Shown in pieces: positions 19,791-29,290 of a stretch of 64,000 nucleotides of DNA; within the stretch, counting starts at the first letter, position 1; the number at the start of each line of letters is the position of its first letter. Source of the stretch: a virus; IMG/VR virus record IMGVR_UViG_3300042464_001105, positions 1 to 64,000 of that record; one strand, given 5' to 3'. The notes beneath the pieces are model-generated. The model had not been told where the DNA came from, made no database searches, and was given only the letters and a program-made list of their open reading frames with translations. Made by a program: the position numbers and the translations under genes.

Positions 19791-22132
19791 ATCAACTAGC
19801 AACTGCTACTCCAGCGTGCCTCCGTGAATGTTCACAGTGGGTTGCTTGGAAGTATATCCAACGCGACGGGAAGAATACGAAAGCCCCAATTAATCCCGCC
19901 ACCGGAAGCTTGGCGTCTTCGACAGATCCGTCGGATTGGGGCTCATTCATGCAAGCGACAGAAGCGTGCCGGCTAGACTCGAAATTAGCGGGCGTTGGCT
20001 TCGTTTTCACAGCGGATGATCCGTACTGCGGCGTCGATCTGGATAACTGCATTGATGCCGAAAACGGCAAGCTAAAAAGCTGGGCGGCCGGTCTTCTGAG
20101 CCAACTCGACAGTTATGCCGAGACAAGTCCATCCGGCACGGGCGTGAAAGTATTCATCAAAGCCAACAAGCCAGGACGCCGTTGTCGCAAAGCGTATCAA
20201 GATGGCGAAATCGAAATCTACGATCGCAACCGCTTTTTCACAGTGACTGGAGACCGTCTCCAGGAATACCCAAGCGATATCAAATTCCGCCAGCAGTCGC
20301 TCGACTTGGTTTATGCTTTCGTCTTTGGTGACGACGAACCGGGGGCCGCGATTGCTGCCAACGGCAGACCGTCACCACCGAGCGACGACAGTTCTATAGT
20401 CGCTTTAAGTGATATTGAGATCATCGAACTCGCTAGCAAGAAACCAAAGACTGGGGATAAGTTCCGATCGTTATGGGAAGGTCATTGGAACGACCATTAC
20501 AACTCGGCCAGCGAAGCCGACTCGTCGGTCGTATTTACTTTGGCTTATTACACTAAAGATGCGGCACAGATTGATCGTATTTTTCGACAATCGAAGTTGA
20601 TGCGATCCAAGTGGGATCAGTTGCACGGTAGCGAGACTTACGGTGGAACCACGATCGCGAAGGCACTCAGTAAGGTCACCAAGCAATACACACCGAAGAA
20701 AAAGCGACCTGGTTCGCAGCGAAGCCAGCCACCAGCGAATCTCGGCTTTCCAAAGTCTGCCATTGACTGGGACTTCAAAAGCGATCAGACCGAAAACGCC
20801 ATGGCCGTTGAGTACATCGACGGCAATCAAGCCAAACTACGATACGTTCCGTCTTGGAAAAAATGGCTCGCCTGGGATGGGAAACGATGGAAAGTCGACG
20901 TAGATACGGGCCGAACGACACGATTGGCTAGGAGGCTCGTCCGTAACTACTGGGATCGACTTCAGCATGTTCAGTCTGAGAAGCAACAGAAGGAATGGGC
21001 CGACTTCTGTCGCTGGGCCAATCGCAAGACTACGATCGAGAACGTTGTTTCACTCGCTCGATGTGATGCGAGAACGACGATCGAACACGAGCTACTCAAT
21101 CAGAATACATACTTTCTAAATTTGCAGAACGGGACTCTCGACATGTCCACATGGGAGTTTCGTGACCATCGACAAACGGACTCCATTACTCAGATCGCCA
21201 ATGTTGCTTTCGATCCTAAGGCCAATTGTCCAAAGTGGCGTGCGTTCATCGATTTGATCTTTGGCAGCGATGATGAAGCTAAGCGATACATCCAGGCACT
21301 ACTCGGTTATTCTTGCTCTGGCGACGTAGGAGAGCATATCCTGCCGATCTGCTACGGATCCGGTGCCAACGGGAAATCGACCCTGTGGAATGCAATCGTC
21401 GAGTTGCTTGGCGACTATGCGATGCTCGCACCTAGCAAGCTTCTTCTGGGCACAACAAACGAACACGACACCGTCATCGCATCGCTTTACCAGCGGCGTT
21501 TGGTCGCGATCAGTGAGCCCGATGAAGGTTCAAAGCTGCGAGAGGCCCGGGTCAAGGAACTGACTGGTGACGAGCAGATCACAGCGAGGCGGATGCGTGA
21601 GGATTATTGGAGCTTTCGGCGGACGCATAAGTTTTGGTTGAGTACGAACCATCTGCCGCAGATCAACGGTACCGATGAAGGCATCTGGCGTCGCATCAAG
21701 CTGATTCCGTTCCGAGTTGATCTCAGGAAGGTTACGGAGCCCATCCCTGACTACCACAAACTGCTGGTCGGCGAGGAAGGACCAGGCATCCTCAACTGGC
21801 TCCTAGATGGCTTCAAAGACTGGCGCGCTCACGGGTTCATTGAGCCTAAATCGGTCATCAACGAGACCCAATCGTATCGCGGTAGTTCCGACGAACTCGG
21901 TCGCTTCATAACGGACTGCTGCGATGTCTCTCTCGAGCTCGTAGTCGCCTCGTCAGAGCTATTTGATGCCTACCGAGTTTGGGGTGGCGACATGAGCCAA
22001 GTGCGTTTTTCGAAGCAGATGCAGACCCGTTTTGCGCACTCAAAACGCACCTTCGGAAGGTACCGAAACAAGCAGGTGTTTGAGGGCATTTCTTTGTCAG
22101 AAAGTGATGAAATTGCGCAACTCAATGACTAA
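19787..22132 (+). CDS. Primase-polymerase / D5-type SF3 helicase (P4-family primase)
   Basis: GVDLD, ETSPSGTG, D5-N WLAWDGKRW, Walker A GSGANGKST, DEGIWRR. Confidence 0.92.
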   Translation: MNQLATATPACLRECSQWVAWKYIQRDGKNTKAPINPATGSLASSTDPSDWGSFMQATEACRLDSKLAGVGFVFTADDPYCGVDLDNCIDAENGKLKSWAAGLLSQLDSYAETSPSGTGVKVFIKANKPGRRCRKAYQDGEIEIYDRNRFFTVTGDRLQEYPSDIKFRQQSLDLVYAFVFGDDEPGAAIAANGRPSPPSDDSSIVALSDIEIIELASKKPKTGDKFRSLWEGHWNDHYNSASEADSSVVFTLAYYTKDAAQIDRIFRQSKLMRSKWDQLHGSETYGGTTIAKALSKVTKQYTPKKKRPGSQRSQPPANLGFPKSAIDWDFKSDQTENAMAVEYIDGNQAKLRYVPSWKKWLAWDGKRWKVDVDTGRTTRLARRLVRNYWDRLQHVQSEKQQKEWADFCRWANRKTTIENVVSLARCDARTTIEHELLNQNTYFLNLQNGTLDMSTWEFRDHRQTDSITQIANVAFDPKANCPKWRAFIDLIFGSDDEAKRYIQALLGYSCSGDVGEHILPICYGSGANGKSTLWNAIVELLGDYAMLAPSKLLLGTTNEHDTVIASLYQRRLVAISEPDEGSKLREARVKELTGDEQITARRMREDYWSFRRTHKFWLSTNHLPQINGTDEGIWRRIKLIPFRVDLRKVTEPIPDYHKLLVGEEGPGILNWLLDGFKDWRAHGFIEPKSVINETQSYRGSSDELGRFITDCCDVSLELVVASSELFDAYRVWGGDMSQVRFSKQMQTRFAHSKRTFGRYRNKQVFEGISLSESDEIAQLND

Positions 22133-22538
22133 CGAAAAACCTTCAAAAACATTGGGATTTTGCAGATTGCGCCGGCTTGTGGTGGGTCACGTCATTATCT
22201 TCCATATGCGTGCGCGCATGGAAAATAACAAAAGTACTCAACGCACCTGGCGCACTGGGCTCAAAAGCGACCTTCTGACGGTCGATGTTTCGAGCGCGGT
22301 TCGCTCCCCGATTGAGTCGCTTCGAACTCGCGGATGTAGCCCATCGATCGACGCTGGACTTCGCTTCCGAACTTCGCGACTCCAACCTGCGTTCGAGTCT
22401 CGCACCACGTTACGCACTGACGCGAGATCTCTACCAAGTCGCCCAACGGAGCCGCCCATCGCGCCCATCGCGTCAGTGGGCCAACTGTGGCCCCACGGTG
22501 CGTCTGCCAGTATGGCACCCGCGATCCCCCCAGTGGAT

Positions 22539-22588
22539 GGGTCCTCCCCCAAAAATCAACGCGTCATTGGGCTGCGGGAAGAGCCGCG
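22539..22588 (+). other. Putative cos region (cosQ-like GGGTCCT plus downstream cosN-like segment)
   Basis: GGGTCCT at 22539-45 equals lambda cosQ and is followed ~39 nt later by CGCG, as in lambda. Terminase and portal are lambda-type. Confidence 0.45.
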
Positions 22589-22661
22589 TTATTAACCTCA
22601 GTTTGTTTTATTTCGCCGAATGAACTAGCGGAGCCTTAATCGAATGCACAATTCAAATAAA

Positions 22662-23189
22662 TTAACCCGCGCTAGCTGCAATCAAAATCGCCATTCCGTA
22701 CCAAATCGAGATCCCCATTGCCGAGATTATCGCATTGGTGAGGCTTGGTTTGATTGGGTGAGCGGCGGCCAGAGCCGCAGCACATGCGATGTATGGAATG
22801 GTGAAAAACAAAAGTTCCGACCAGCTTTCATAGCCAATGAATCCAAAGGGCGTTCCAAGAATCCAAAGCATTGTTTTTGCTCTAGCTCCAAAAAGCAATC
22901 CCCAGCTTACGAAGAGAACCGCTGGCAGTACAAGCAGAGTTATCAAAACAGTTCCTCGCCACGGAAGCACATAGATGTACAAGACATGCGCAGCGACGCC
23001 CGAGGCAATCGCAATCGTCCAAATCACGACAATCGCGAGCGGCTCACGTCGAAAGTCGGAGAGCAGGTAAAGCCACAAGGCAAACACCGCAGTCAATGCG
23101 AACAAGCTCCGAAGGCTAATGGGACGGCCCTTGAGATTCCGCTTTTGGCTACTTGCTGTTTCGCATTCGATGTTTTCAAGCATAGTCAC
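22662..23189 (-). CDS. Multi-pass membrane protein (moron)
   Basis: ISLRSLFALTAVFA planctomycete-type leader and ~5 hydrophobic segments. Confidence 0.7.
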   Translation of the reverse strand: MTMLENIECETASSQKRNLKGRPISLRSLFALTAVFALWLYLLSDFRREPLAIVVIWTIAIASGVAAHVLYIYVLPWRGTVLITLLVLPAVLFVSWGLLFGARAKTMLWILGTPFGFIGYESWSELLFFTIPYIACAAALAAAHPIKPSLTNAIISAMGISIWYGMAILIAASAG

Positions 23190-23324
23190 ATCTTATTGCT
23201 CGCGAGGCTGCCGGGCTAACTGAAACACGAACTCAACTAAAACAATCTAACGAATTCTTGTCCAACGTAACCATCCAACCACCACAACCATTCCGTCTCA
23301 ATGAAATTCCAGGAGGGAAGTATT

Positions 23325-24728
23325 ATGAAAATCGAAATGTGGTCGATCGACCAGGTCAAGCCGTACGAAAACAATCCTCGCATTAATGATGATGCGGTCG
23401 CTTCAGTCGCCGCATCCATTCGAGAGTTTGGATTCCAGCAACCTTTGGTAGTTGATTCTGCCGGCGTCATCATCGTCGGCCATACGCGTTTGAAGGCGGC
23501 GATCAAACTCGGTCTCGATCGGGTCCCGATCCTGGTAGCCACCAACCTCACGCCGGAACAGGTCCGAGCCTATCGCATTGCCGACAACAAGACAGCCGAG
23601 CTTGCCGAATGGAATTATGACTTGCTGCCGATCGAATTGTCGGCATTGCAGGAAGCCAACTACGATCTCTGCCTGCTGGGGTTCAGTGCCGATGAGTTGG
23701 CAAAGTTGATGGACACCGGCGTCAACGAGGGGCTCACCGATCCAGATGATGTTCCCTTGCCACCCGACGATGCGATCACACAACCAGGCGATCTTTGGAT
23801 TCTTGGAAATCATCGGTTGCTTTGTGGTGACTCTTCAAATCCAGAACATCTTGATCGACTGCTCGCAGGCAAGCCTATCCATCTTGTGAACACGGACCCG
23901 CCGTACAACGTCAAGGTTGAACCGCGAAGCAAGAACGCAATCGCAGCCGGCTTGAGTTCGTTTACCAACGATGCCGCGTCGTCGAAGCTGAAGAACGACC
24001 AGGGCATGGCAGCGTTCACGCATGCGATCAATCAGAAGAACAAGTCCAAGACCGGCGCGGCGGCAACGGCGACCGCAAACGCACCTCGGCAAAAGATGCG
24101 AGCCAAGGATCGCCCGCTTGCGAATGACTTCGTTTCCGATGATGAGTTCGATCGATTGCTCGACGCATGGTTCGGAAACATTGCACGTGTGCTGGTCCCC
24201 GGGGGCTGCTTCTACATCTGGGGTGGTTACGCCAACTGCGGCAACTATCCCCCGTTCCTGAAGAAGCATGGATTGTACTTCAGCCAAGCGATCATCTGGA
24301 ACAAGATGCATCCGGTTTTGACACGTAAAGATTTTATGGGCGCTCACGAGTGGGCGTTCTATGGATGGAACGAAGGTGCCGGCCACAAGTACTATGGGCC
24401 GAACAACGAAACCGATTTGTGGAATGTTAAGAAGATCCCGCCACAACAACTTGAGCATCTGACTGGCAAGCCTGCCGAGCTCGCGGTTCGATCAATTCAG
24501 TACTCGTCGCTTCCTGGCCACAACGTACTCGACCTCTTCGGTGGCAGCGGCTCAACCTTGATTGGCGCTGAGCAGACTGGACGCAATGCGTTCTTAATGG
24601 AACTCGATTGTCCATACGCAGACGTAATCGTTGATCGGTACCAAAGGTTCACCGGCAAGCAAGCGATTCTCGAGCGAACGGGTGAGTCACCGATTCCGAT
24701 GAAGCCACGTGAAGCGAACATGCGATAG
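23325..24728 (+). CDS. ParB-fused DNA amino-methyltransferase (N6/N4)
   Basis: PYENNPR..GHTRL..IADN; TDPPY; HLTGKP; LDLFGGSGST. Confidence 0.93.
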   Translation: MKIEMWSIDQVKPYENNPRINDDAVASVAASIREFGFQQPLVVDSAGVIIVGHTRLKAAIKLGLDRVPILVATNLTPEQVRAYRIADNKTAELAEWNYDLLPIELSALQEANYDLCLLGFSADELAKLMDTGVNEGLTDPDDVPLPPDDAITQPGDLWILGNHRLLCGDSSNPEHLDRLLAGKPIHLVNTDPPYNVKVEPRSKNAIAAGLSSFTNDAASSKLKNDQGMAAFTHAINQKNKSKTGAAATATANAPRQKMRAKDRPLANDFVSDDEFDRLLDAWFGNIARVLVPGGCFYIWGGYANCGNYPPFLKKHGLYFSQAIIWNKMHPVLTRKDFMGAHEWAFYGWNEGAGHKYYGPNNETDLWNVKKIPPQQLEHLTGKPAELAVRSIQYSSLPGHNVLDLFGGSGSTLIGAEQTGRNAFLMELDCPYADVIVDRYQRFTGKQAILERTGESPIPMKPREANMR

Positions 24729-24738
24729 GAGGTCGCGT

Positions 24739-25056
24739 TCAAAGTTTATGACAATGCCAAGCTTGATCCTCGAAAACATAAACGTACTCAGTACCACAGT
24801 TCCTTGCGAACTCGTGGAGGGCAGCGCGCGTTGGCATGGCGACCGCGTTATTGCCAGCGGTAAATCGCTCCGGACTACCGTCGTTAGCGAGCGATCGAAT
24901 ATCGCCGCCAGCAACAAGCGTCCGTACCGAATCAATAGCGATGTAGTTTTGTTCGAGAATCTTGCCGGCATGGTCTGGGTAACCATCGAAGTGCAGATAG
25001 ATCGCCGCATACCGACCATCGTCTTGCTTGCAAGCGATCGTGGCTCGTGTAGACAT
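24739..25056 (-). CDS. Conserved phage hypothetical protein
   Basis: MSTRATI...IYLHFDGYPDHAGKIL...EYVYVF; AAGGA RBS. Confidence 0.8.
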   Translation of the reverse strand: MSTRATIACKQDDGRYAAIYLHFDGYPDHAGKILEQNYIAIDSVRTLVAGGDIRSLANDGSPERFTAGNNAVAMPTRAALHEFARNCGTEYVYVFEDQAWHCHKL

Positions 25057-25068
25057 GTTTTGTGTTCC

Positions 25069-25293
25069 TTACTTCGATGGTTCGTGATGGTTGGGTTCGA
25101 CGATAGAGACGCAATCGTCAGGCATCGTCAACATGAGGGTTCGACCGTTGTCCCAATCAACATCGATCTGCGTCCAGTCGCGATGATCGTAAACGGCGAC
25201 AACGGTTCCGAGCGATCCAACGGGAATCGGATCGGGATCCTGCAGCATCGACACCAAACGGATGCGATCGCCTTGCTTCAATCGTGTTTTCAT
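25069..25293 (-). CDS. DUF4314-like protein
   Basis: GDRIRLVSM.DPDPIPVGSLGTV...VDWDNGRTL. Confidence 0.85.
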   Translation of the reverse strand: MKTRLKQGDRIRLVSMLQDPDPIPVGSLGTVVAVYDHRDWTQIDVDWDNGRTLMLTMPDDCVSIVEPNHHEPSK

Positions 25294-25542
25294 AGTTGTT
25301 GGTTCCTTACTGTGAGCGAAGCAAAAAAATACGAACCGTCACAATCAGCCAGCAAGTCAAGAAAACATCAAGCCGACATCCAAGCTTGTTTTCTAGATTT
25401 CTTGCAAATATGTGGATCCGCCGGAGAAGCTCAGGGTTGCGTTGTGTCGCGTTGCATTTCAGGTTGGGTTTGTGCCCGTATCCACGAGGAAAAGCCCACA
25501 CGTTGCAAACGTTGGGCGATTGGTGTGGGATCCAGCGAAGTA

Positions 25543-25962
25543 TTAATCTCGACTCGGAACCAACACGCATGCTCCGTCACCAGTGATTGGGTACTCCTTC
25601 AGTTCGCTTGTCCTTGCGAACAACTGGTCGCTTCGACGTATCACGTAGTCAACGTATGCGAAGCACTCGGTATCATCAATCCGCCTGAGTTGGTACCGAA
25701 CTCCCGGTTCAGGAACAGCGATCTGTTCGACGTACAGGTCCGAGATGGTCTTCACTTCGTCAATGTAAGGGCCGGCTGGTCGCAAAATGCCCAGCGTGCT
25801 GCGAAACGAAATGCGTTGGCCTGTTGCTTGGTTGGTGGCGATGATATGTGTGGTCTCGCCAGCCTTCGACGGCTGAAAGATCGATTCGACCTTGACGATG
25901 ATCGTCTTACCACAATGGCAAGCGACATACCGCTCGCCAATCCGGATGTCTTTGGCTCGCAT
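25543..25962 (-). CDS. Hypothetical protein, N-terminus paralogous to the adjacent HTH protein
   Basis: DIRIGERY...ATNQATGQRI versus EVTIGGKY...ATNLATGKKV in the neighbour. Confidence 0.7.
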   Translation of the reverse strand: MRAKDIRIGERYVACHCGKTIIVKVESIFQPSKAGETTHIIATNQATGQRISFRSTLGILRPAGPYIDEVKTISDLYVEQIAVPEPGVRYQLRRIDDTECFAYVDYVIRRSDQLFARTSELKEYPITGDGACVLVPSRD

Positions 25963-25965
25963 GAT

Positions 25966-26544
25966 CTAGCCCCGTACCGTAAAGCGGCCGCGTTCTGTTT
26001 TGACAAACTTGCTGTCGTCGCCCTTGGCCAGGTCGCGAAGGATCGCGCTATACAAGGTCGCGTGCGGAGTCTTGCCCCCAGGACTCGACCAGTAACCCTT
26101 GGCTTCCATCGCGGTAACCAACTCTTGAGCATTCATCGGTTCGGAGGATTCGCCAAGGACCTTCAAAGCCGCCGTGACGCAACTCAATCGCTTCTCGCTG
26201 GCGTCGGCGCTTTCCGTCGCTGTTGCTGCAGTCTTTGCCTTACGAAGCTTCTTTGGAACCGCCCCTACTGTGGATGCTGCTTCTCCAATCGTCTCGACCG
26301 TAGCCGGTTCGTTCTCAACAATCGTGACGTTACCTTCTGTGGTTACCTTCGCGCCTCCGCGCCGCATGCCGACTTCACCCTGCAAGCGCTGAGCGCTCTT
26401 GATCAGGACCTTCTTACCGGTCGCGAGGTTGGTGGCATCCCAGCCACCGCGCGGCTTCTCGGCGTCGATCTGGATCTCACATCGATTGCAAGAAACGTTT
26501 GCATAGTACTTGCCGCCGATCGTAACTTCTGCCTTCTTCATCAT
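25966..26544 (-). CDS. Winged-helix (HARE-HTH-like) protein
   Basis: AALKVLGESSEPMNAQELV...GKTPHATLYSAILRDL...FVKTERGRF; GGAGA RBS. Confidence 0.8.
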   Translation of the reverse strand: MMKKAEVTIGGKYYANVSCNRCEIQIDAEKPRGGWDATNLATGKKVLIKSAQRLQGEVGMRRGGAKVTTEGNVTIVENEPATVETIGEAASTVGAVPKKLRKAKTAATATESADASEKRLSCVTAALKVLGESSEPMNAQELVTAMEAKGYWSSPGGKTPHATLYSAILRDLAKGDDSKFVKTERGRFTVRG

Positions 26545-26634
26545 TCTTTCTCCCAATTCGTATTCGTGGTTGGCTGCCATCGTCAGGTCGATCGAACCAC
26601 CGATCAACTACGCGATTCCGTTCCGCGTTTCGGC

Positions 26635-26970
26635 TTATTTGGAAAAGACCAAGTCGGCCAATCCGGTAGAAAGAAAATCCACAATCACCTGAATCTCTGT
26701 ATTAGCCGCAGGTACATCCAATCCGCGGTCAAAGCTAAAAAGTGTTTTGTGGTCGGCGATTCGTTCGATCCAAAGTTTCGAGATCTTGCTCTTGCCCAAT
26801 TCGTAGTCTTCGCTTTTTGCGTGCTCGGCGAAAACCAAAGCGTTGAACTTGTATTGCTCGTTGACCGTTCCAATCACCCAGGTACCGCCACCCGTGGTGC
26901 GTCGATCGATCTTGGTGATCGTCAGGTCGAGGTCTATGTCGTTTTCCCCGTTGTTGTTTGTCTTTGTCAT
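26635..26970 (-). CDS. Conserved phage hypothetical protein
   Basis: ISKLWI...FDRGLDV; GGAGA RBS. Confidence 0.75.
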   Translation of the reverse strand: MTKTNNNGENDIDLDLTITKIDRRTTGGGTWVIGTVNEQYKFNALVFAEHAKSEDYELGKSKISKLWIERIADHKTLFSFDRGLDVPAANTEIQVIVDFLSTGLADLVFSK

Positions 26971-27105
26971 CTTTGCGTCTCCGTTTTGAAAAGCTGTGAA
27001 CATCGTTTTGCGTCAACACACAGTTCGCATGCGCTTCGCATTACATCAAGCGCTGTTGGAAAAGATTCAGATAATTCTTTTCCACAGCGCCGCGGTTCGT
27101 CGCGA

Positions 27106-27378
27106 TCAGAAATCTCGACACGTCTCCCAAGCTCGTTTGCTGCCGTAGCAGATCTGCCCACCTTCGACGATGTAGACCGTGTTGTCATCGGCAACGTCTT
27201 GGGCATCGTCTTCGTCCGCATCTTCGTCGCTTGCTTCGTTCATGTCGCGGCCGCTGGTCACGCCGAAGATACGGTTCTCGAAAGGCCAATTCTGCTGAGT
27301 CATCAACCGTATTTTGGCGTCGCCTCCGAACTCTTCGCGGTAGTCGTTGAGGATTTCGATCAAGGTGTCGAGGTTCAT
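27106..27378 (-). CDS. Small acidic hypothetical protein
   Basis: IRLMTQQNWPFE...VYIVEGGQICY; GGAGA RBS. Confidence 0.75.
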   Translation of the reverse strand: MNLDTLIEILNDYREEFGGDAKIRLMTQQNWPFENRIFGVTSGRDMNEASDEDADEDDAQDVADDNTVYIVEGGQICYGSKRAWETCRDF

Positions 27379-27663
27379 GTTCTTATCTCCGTTGGGGTGA
27401 ATGAAAAGTCGTTTTCCGATAACACACATGAGCCATGCGGTTTGAACCGAAGCAACTCAAATCCAGAAGGTTTTCCCAGTCTTTTGGAATGTTTTTTTGA
27501 ATGCCCAACGGTGCACAACGTTGGCGCATGTCGCGTCGTTTTCGAAGTCGCATTGTTGGGCGTGGCGAGCCAGCAGGATGCGACGGTGGGCGAGTGTGTC
27601 GACCAAGCGAGAAAACGCCGCGCATCCGTACGCGGCGTTCTAGGGATATTGCTTGTGCGCTGT

Positions 27664-27861
27664 TTAAAGGATCGAACCGAGTCGGCTCTTCTTCATCGCT
27701 TCGAGTGCTTCGCAGGCGTAAAGGTGTTCGACGAGCAAAGGGCATGCGGACTCTTGTTGTGCTGCGTCGGCGATCTCGAGGGCGTCTGCCAAGGTTCGCA
27801 ATCCCTCGATCTCTCGAAGAGCGGCGTCGGTTGCTTTGTGTTCGTTGCTGTTCTTGGCCAT
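27664..27861 (-). CDS. Small hypothetical protein
   Basis: GGAGA RBS, downstream of a promoter-motif copy. Confidence 0.6.
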   Translation of the reverse strand: MAKNSNEHKATDAALREIEGLRTLADALEIADAAQQESACPLLVEHLYACEALEAMKKSRLGSIL

Positions 27862-28105
27862 GGTTCTGTCTCCGTTGTGGGAAAGGGTTTGAATCGTTTA
27901 TGCGATAACACACATGAGCCATGCGGTTCAAAACACATCAAGCGCAGTATGCGAGTAAATGGAAAAGATTCTGCAGCTTTCTTCCGGTGCCGACACAAAG
28001 CACAAAACGCGACGTGTGGCGTTCAAAAAAAGCTTGGGTCGCCATTAGTTACTTACCCCAAGGATGCGACTGCTGGCGGACGTTACGATCGAGAATGCCA
28101 GAACA

Positions 28106-28143
28106 ACGAACTACGTCGAGCGATTCTGCTCGGCGTAGTTCGT
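28106..28143 (-). terminator. 16-bp-stem hairpin downstream of the amidoligase gene
   Basis: ACGAACTACGTCGAGC-gattct-GCTCGGCGTAGTTCGT with one non-Watson-Crick pair. Only a weak U-tract on the minus strand and none on the plus strand. Confidence 0.55.
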
Positions 28144-28155
28144 GGATCTCGTTTC

Positions 28156-29016
28156 TTAGGCAGCCGTGTCGTATTTCTTGGCCAAGTCCAAAAGTTTCGT
28201 TTTGATCGTCTTCCAATCTGGGGTTTGGTCCCCGTTGGTGATCTCGCCGAAGGTCTTCTTTCGAAGGTCGCCCTTGTACCAACCCTTGGTCCATCCGAGC
28301 CGGTAGAACAGTCGGTTCAATTCCGTTTCGCCGAGGCCGGCATCGGGGCGATCCCAGCAGCTCTTGGTTCCTTCTTTCTTGGCGTAATCCCAATCGGGGC
28401 ATCGTTTGGAGTTGAGGGCGAGTTCGACCAAACCCAAAACCATCATCAGGTATCCAATCACCTTGGTTTTGTTCAGCGTGCCGGCGAAAGCTCTGAACTC
28501 GATTCGGTTCTTGCCTTGTCGAAGGTGGGTCAAATTCAAAAGATGGTAGCGGTCCGATTCGCATTGGCTCTTCGCGGTGTCTTTGTCGCCGTAGTGTTTG
28601 ATCTTCTTGGTGTATACCGCGTGTTCGCGTCGTCGCGATCCGGTCGAGGCGAAGATCGCTCGTTCGTGGTTGCCGACCAAGGAAATCAATCTTGCCAGGG
28701 CGGCGGCGTCTCCGTTGAAGGTCAGGGTTATGTGAAGTCCGCAGCTTGCGTTGACCCGTGCGTCGCGAGTATTTATCGCGTCGATCGCGTTCTCAACCTC
28801 TTTCATTCCTGCGTATCCGACAAGTTTTGGGCTTACAAACTCGCAGCCTTTGCGGCTCATGTTTTCCGGTTTGATACTCGCGTCGCGTTCTGCTTTCCAT
28901 CCGGTTGGAAGCCAGGGTACTTGGTAACCGCCGTGGTAGGGGCCGATCGGTGTATTGTCGGTACCGGGGAGGGTGGTTTCGAATTCAATTCCGAAGGTGA
29001 TCTCGTTTGCGTTCAT
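28156..29016 (-). CDS. Putative amidoligase (COOH-NH2 ligase) family protein
   Basis: TFGIEFE, WKAERDASI, EFVSP, SCGLHI, RYHLLNL, IEFR. Confidence 0.88.
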   Translation of the reverse strand: MNANEITFGIEFETTLPGTDNTPIGPYHGGYQVPWLPTGWKAERDASIKPENMSRKGCEFVSPKLVGYAGMKEVENAIDAINTRDARVNASCGLHITLTFNGDAAALARLISLVGNHERAIFASTGSRRREHAVYTKKIKHYGDKDTAKSQCESDRYHLLNLTHLRQGKNRIEFRAFAGTLNKTKVIGYLMMVLGLVELALNSKRCPDWDYAKKEGTKSCWDRPDAGLGETELNRLFYRLGWTKGWYKGDLRKKTFGEITNGDQTPDWKTIKTKLLDLAKKYDTAA

Positions 29017-29290
29017 CGTTCTGTTCCTTTGTGGTTCAAGGTGTGTTTTGCGTCGCGCTTTCCGCGTCGCGATGACACAATGGAGCCATGCGTTTCGAGG
29101 ATCATCCAGCCGCTTCCTGCATGTTTTTTCAGTAATTGTGCATGTTTTCTGAGAGGCAACCGGTGCCCCAACATTACGCCACGGTGGCGTCCAAACATGC
29201 ATCGCATAACAAGGCGAACATGCAAACAAAACGCGACTGTGGCGAACGTGTCGCAACCAGTGGCAATTCAACGGATCATGGAGGAATGGG

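Larger units (their letters stand above)
25340..29110 (-). promoter_or_regulatory. Five dispersed copies of a promoter-like motif (GCTTGATG-N~11-GCATGGCTCATGTGTG)
   Basis: Copies at ~25340-25373, 27015-27051, 27421-27456, 27907-27943 and 29074-29110, each just upstream of a minus-strand gene. Confidence 0.7.

Noticed and set aside
25307-28564. Out-of-register minus ORFs (25307, 25752, 26735, 26967, 27383, 27693, 28049)
   Set aside because: They lack clear RBSs or motifs and overlap better-supported genes or promoter motifs.
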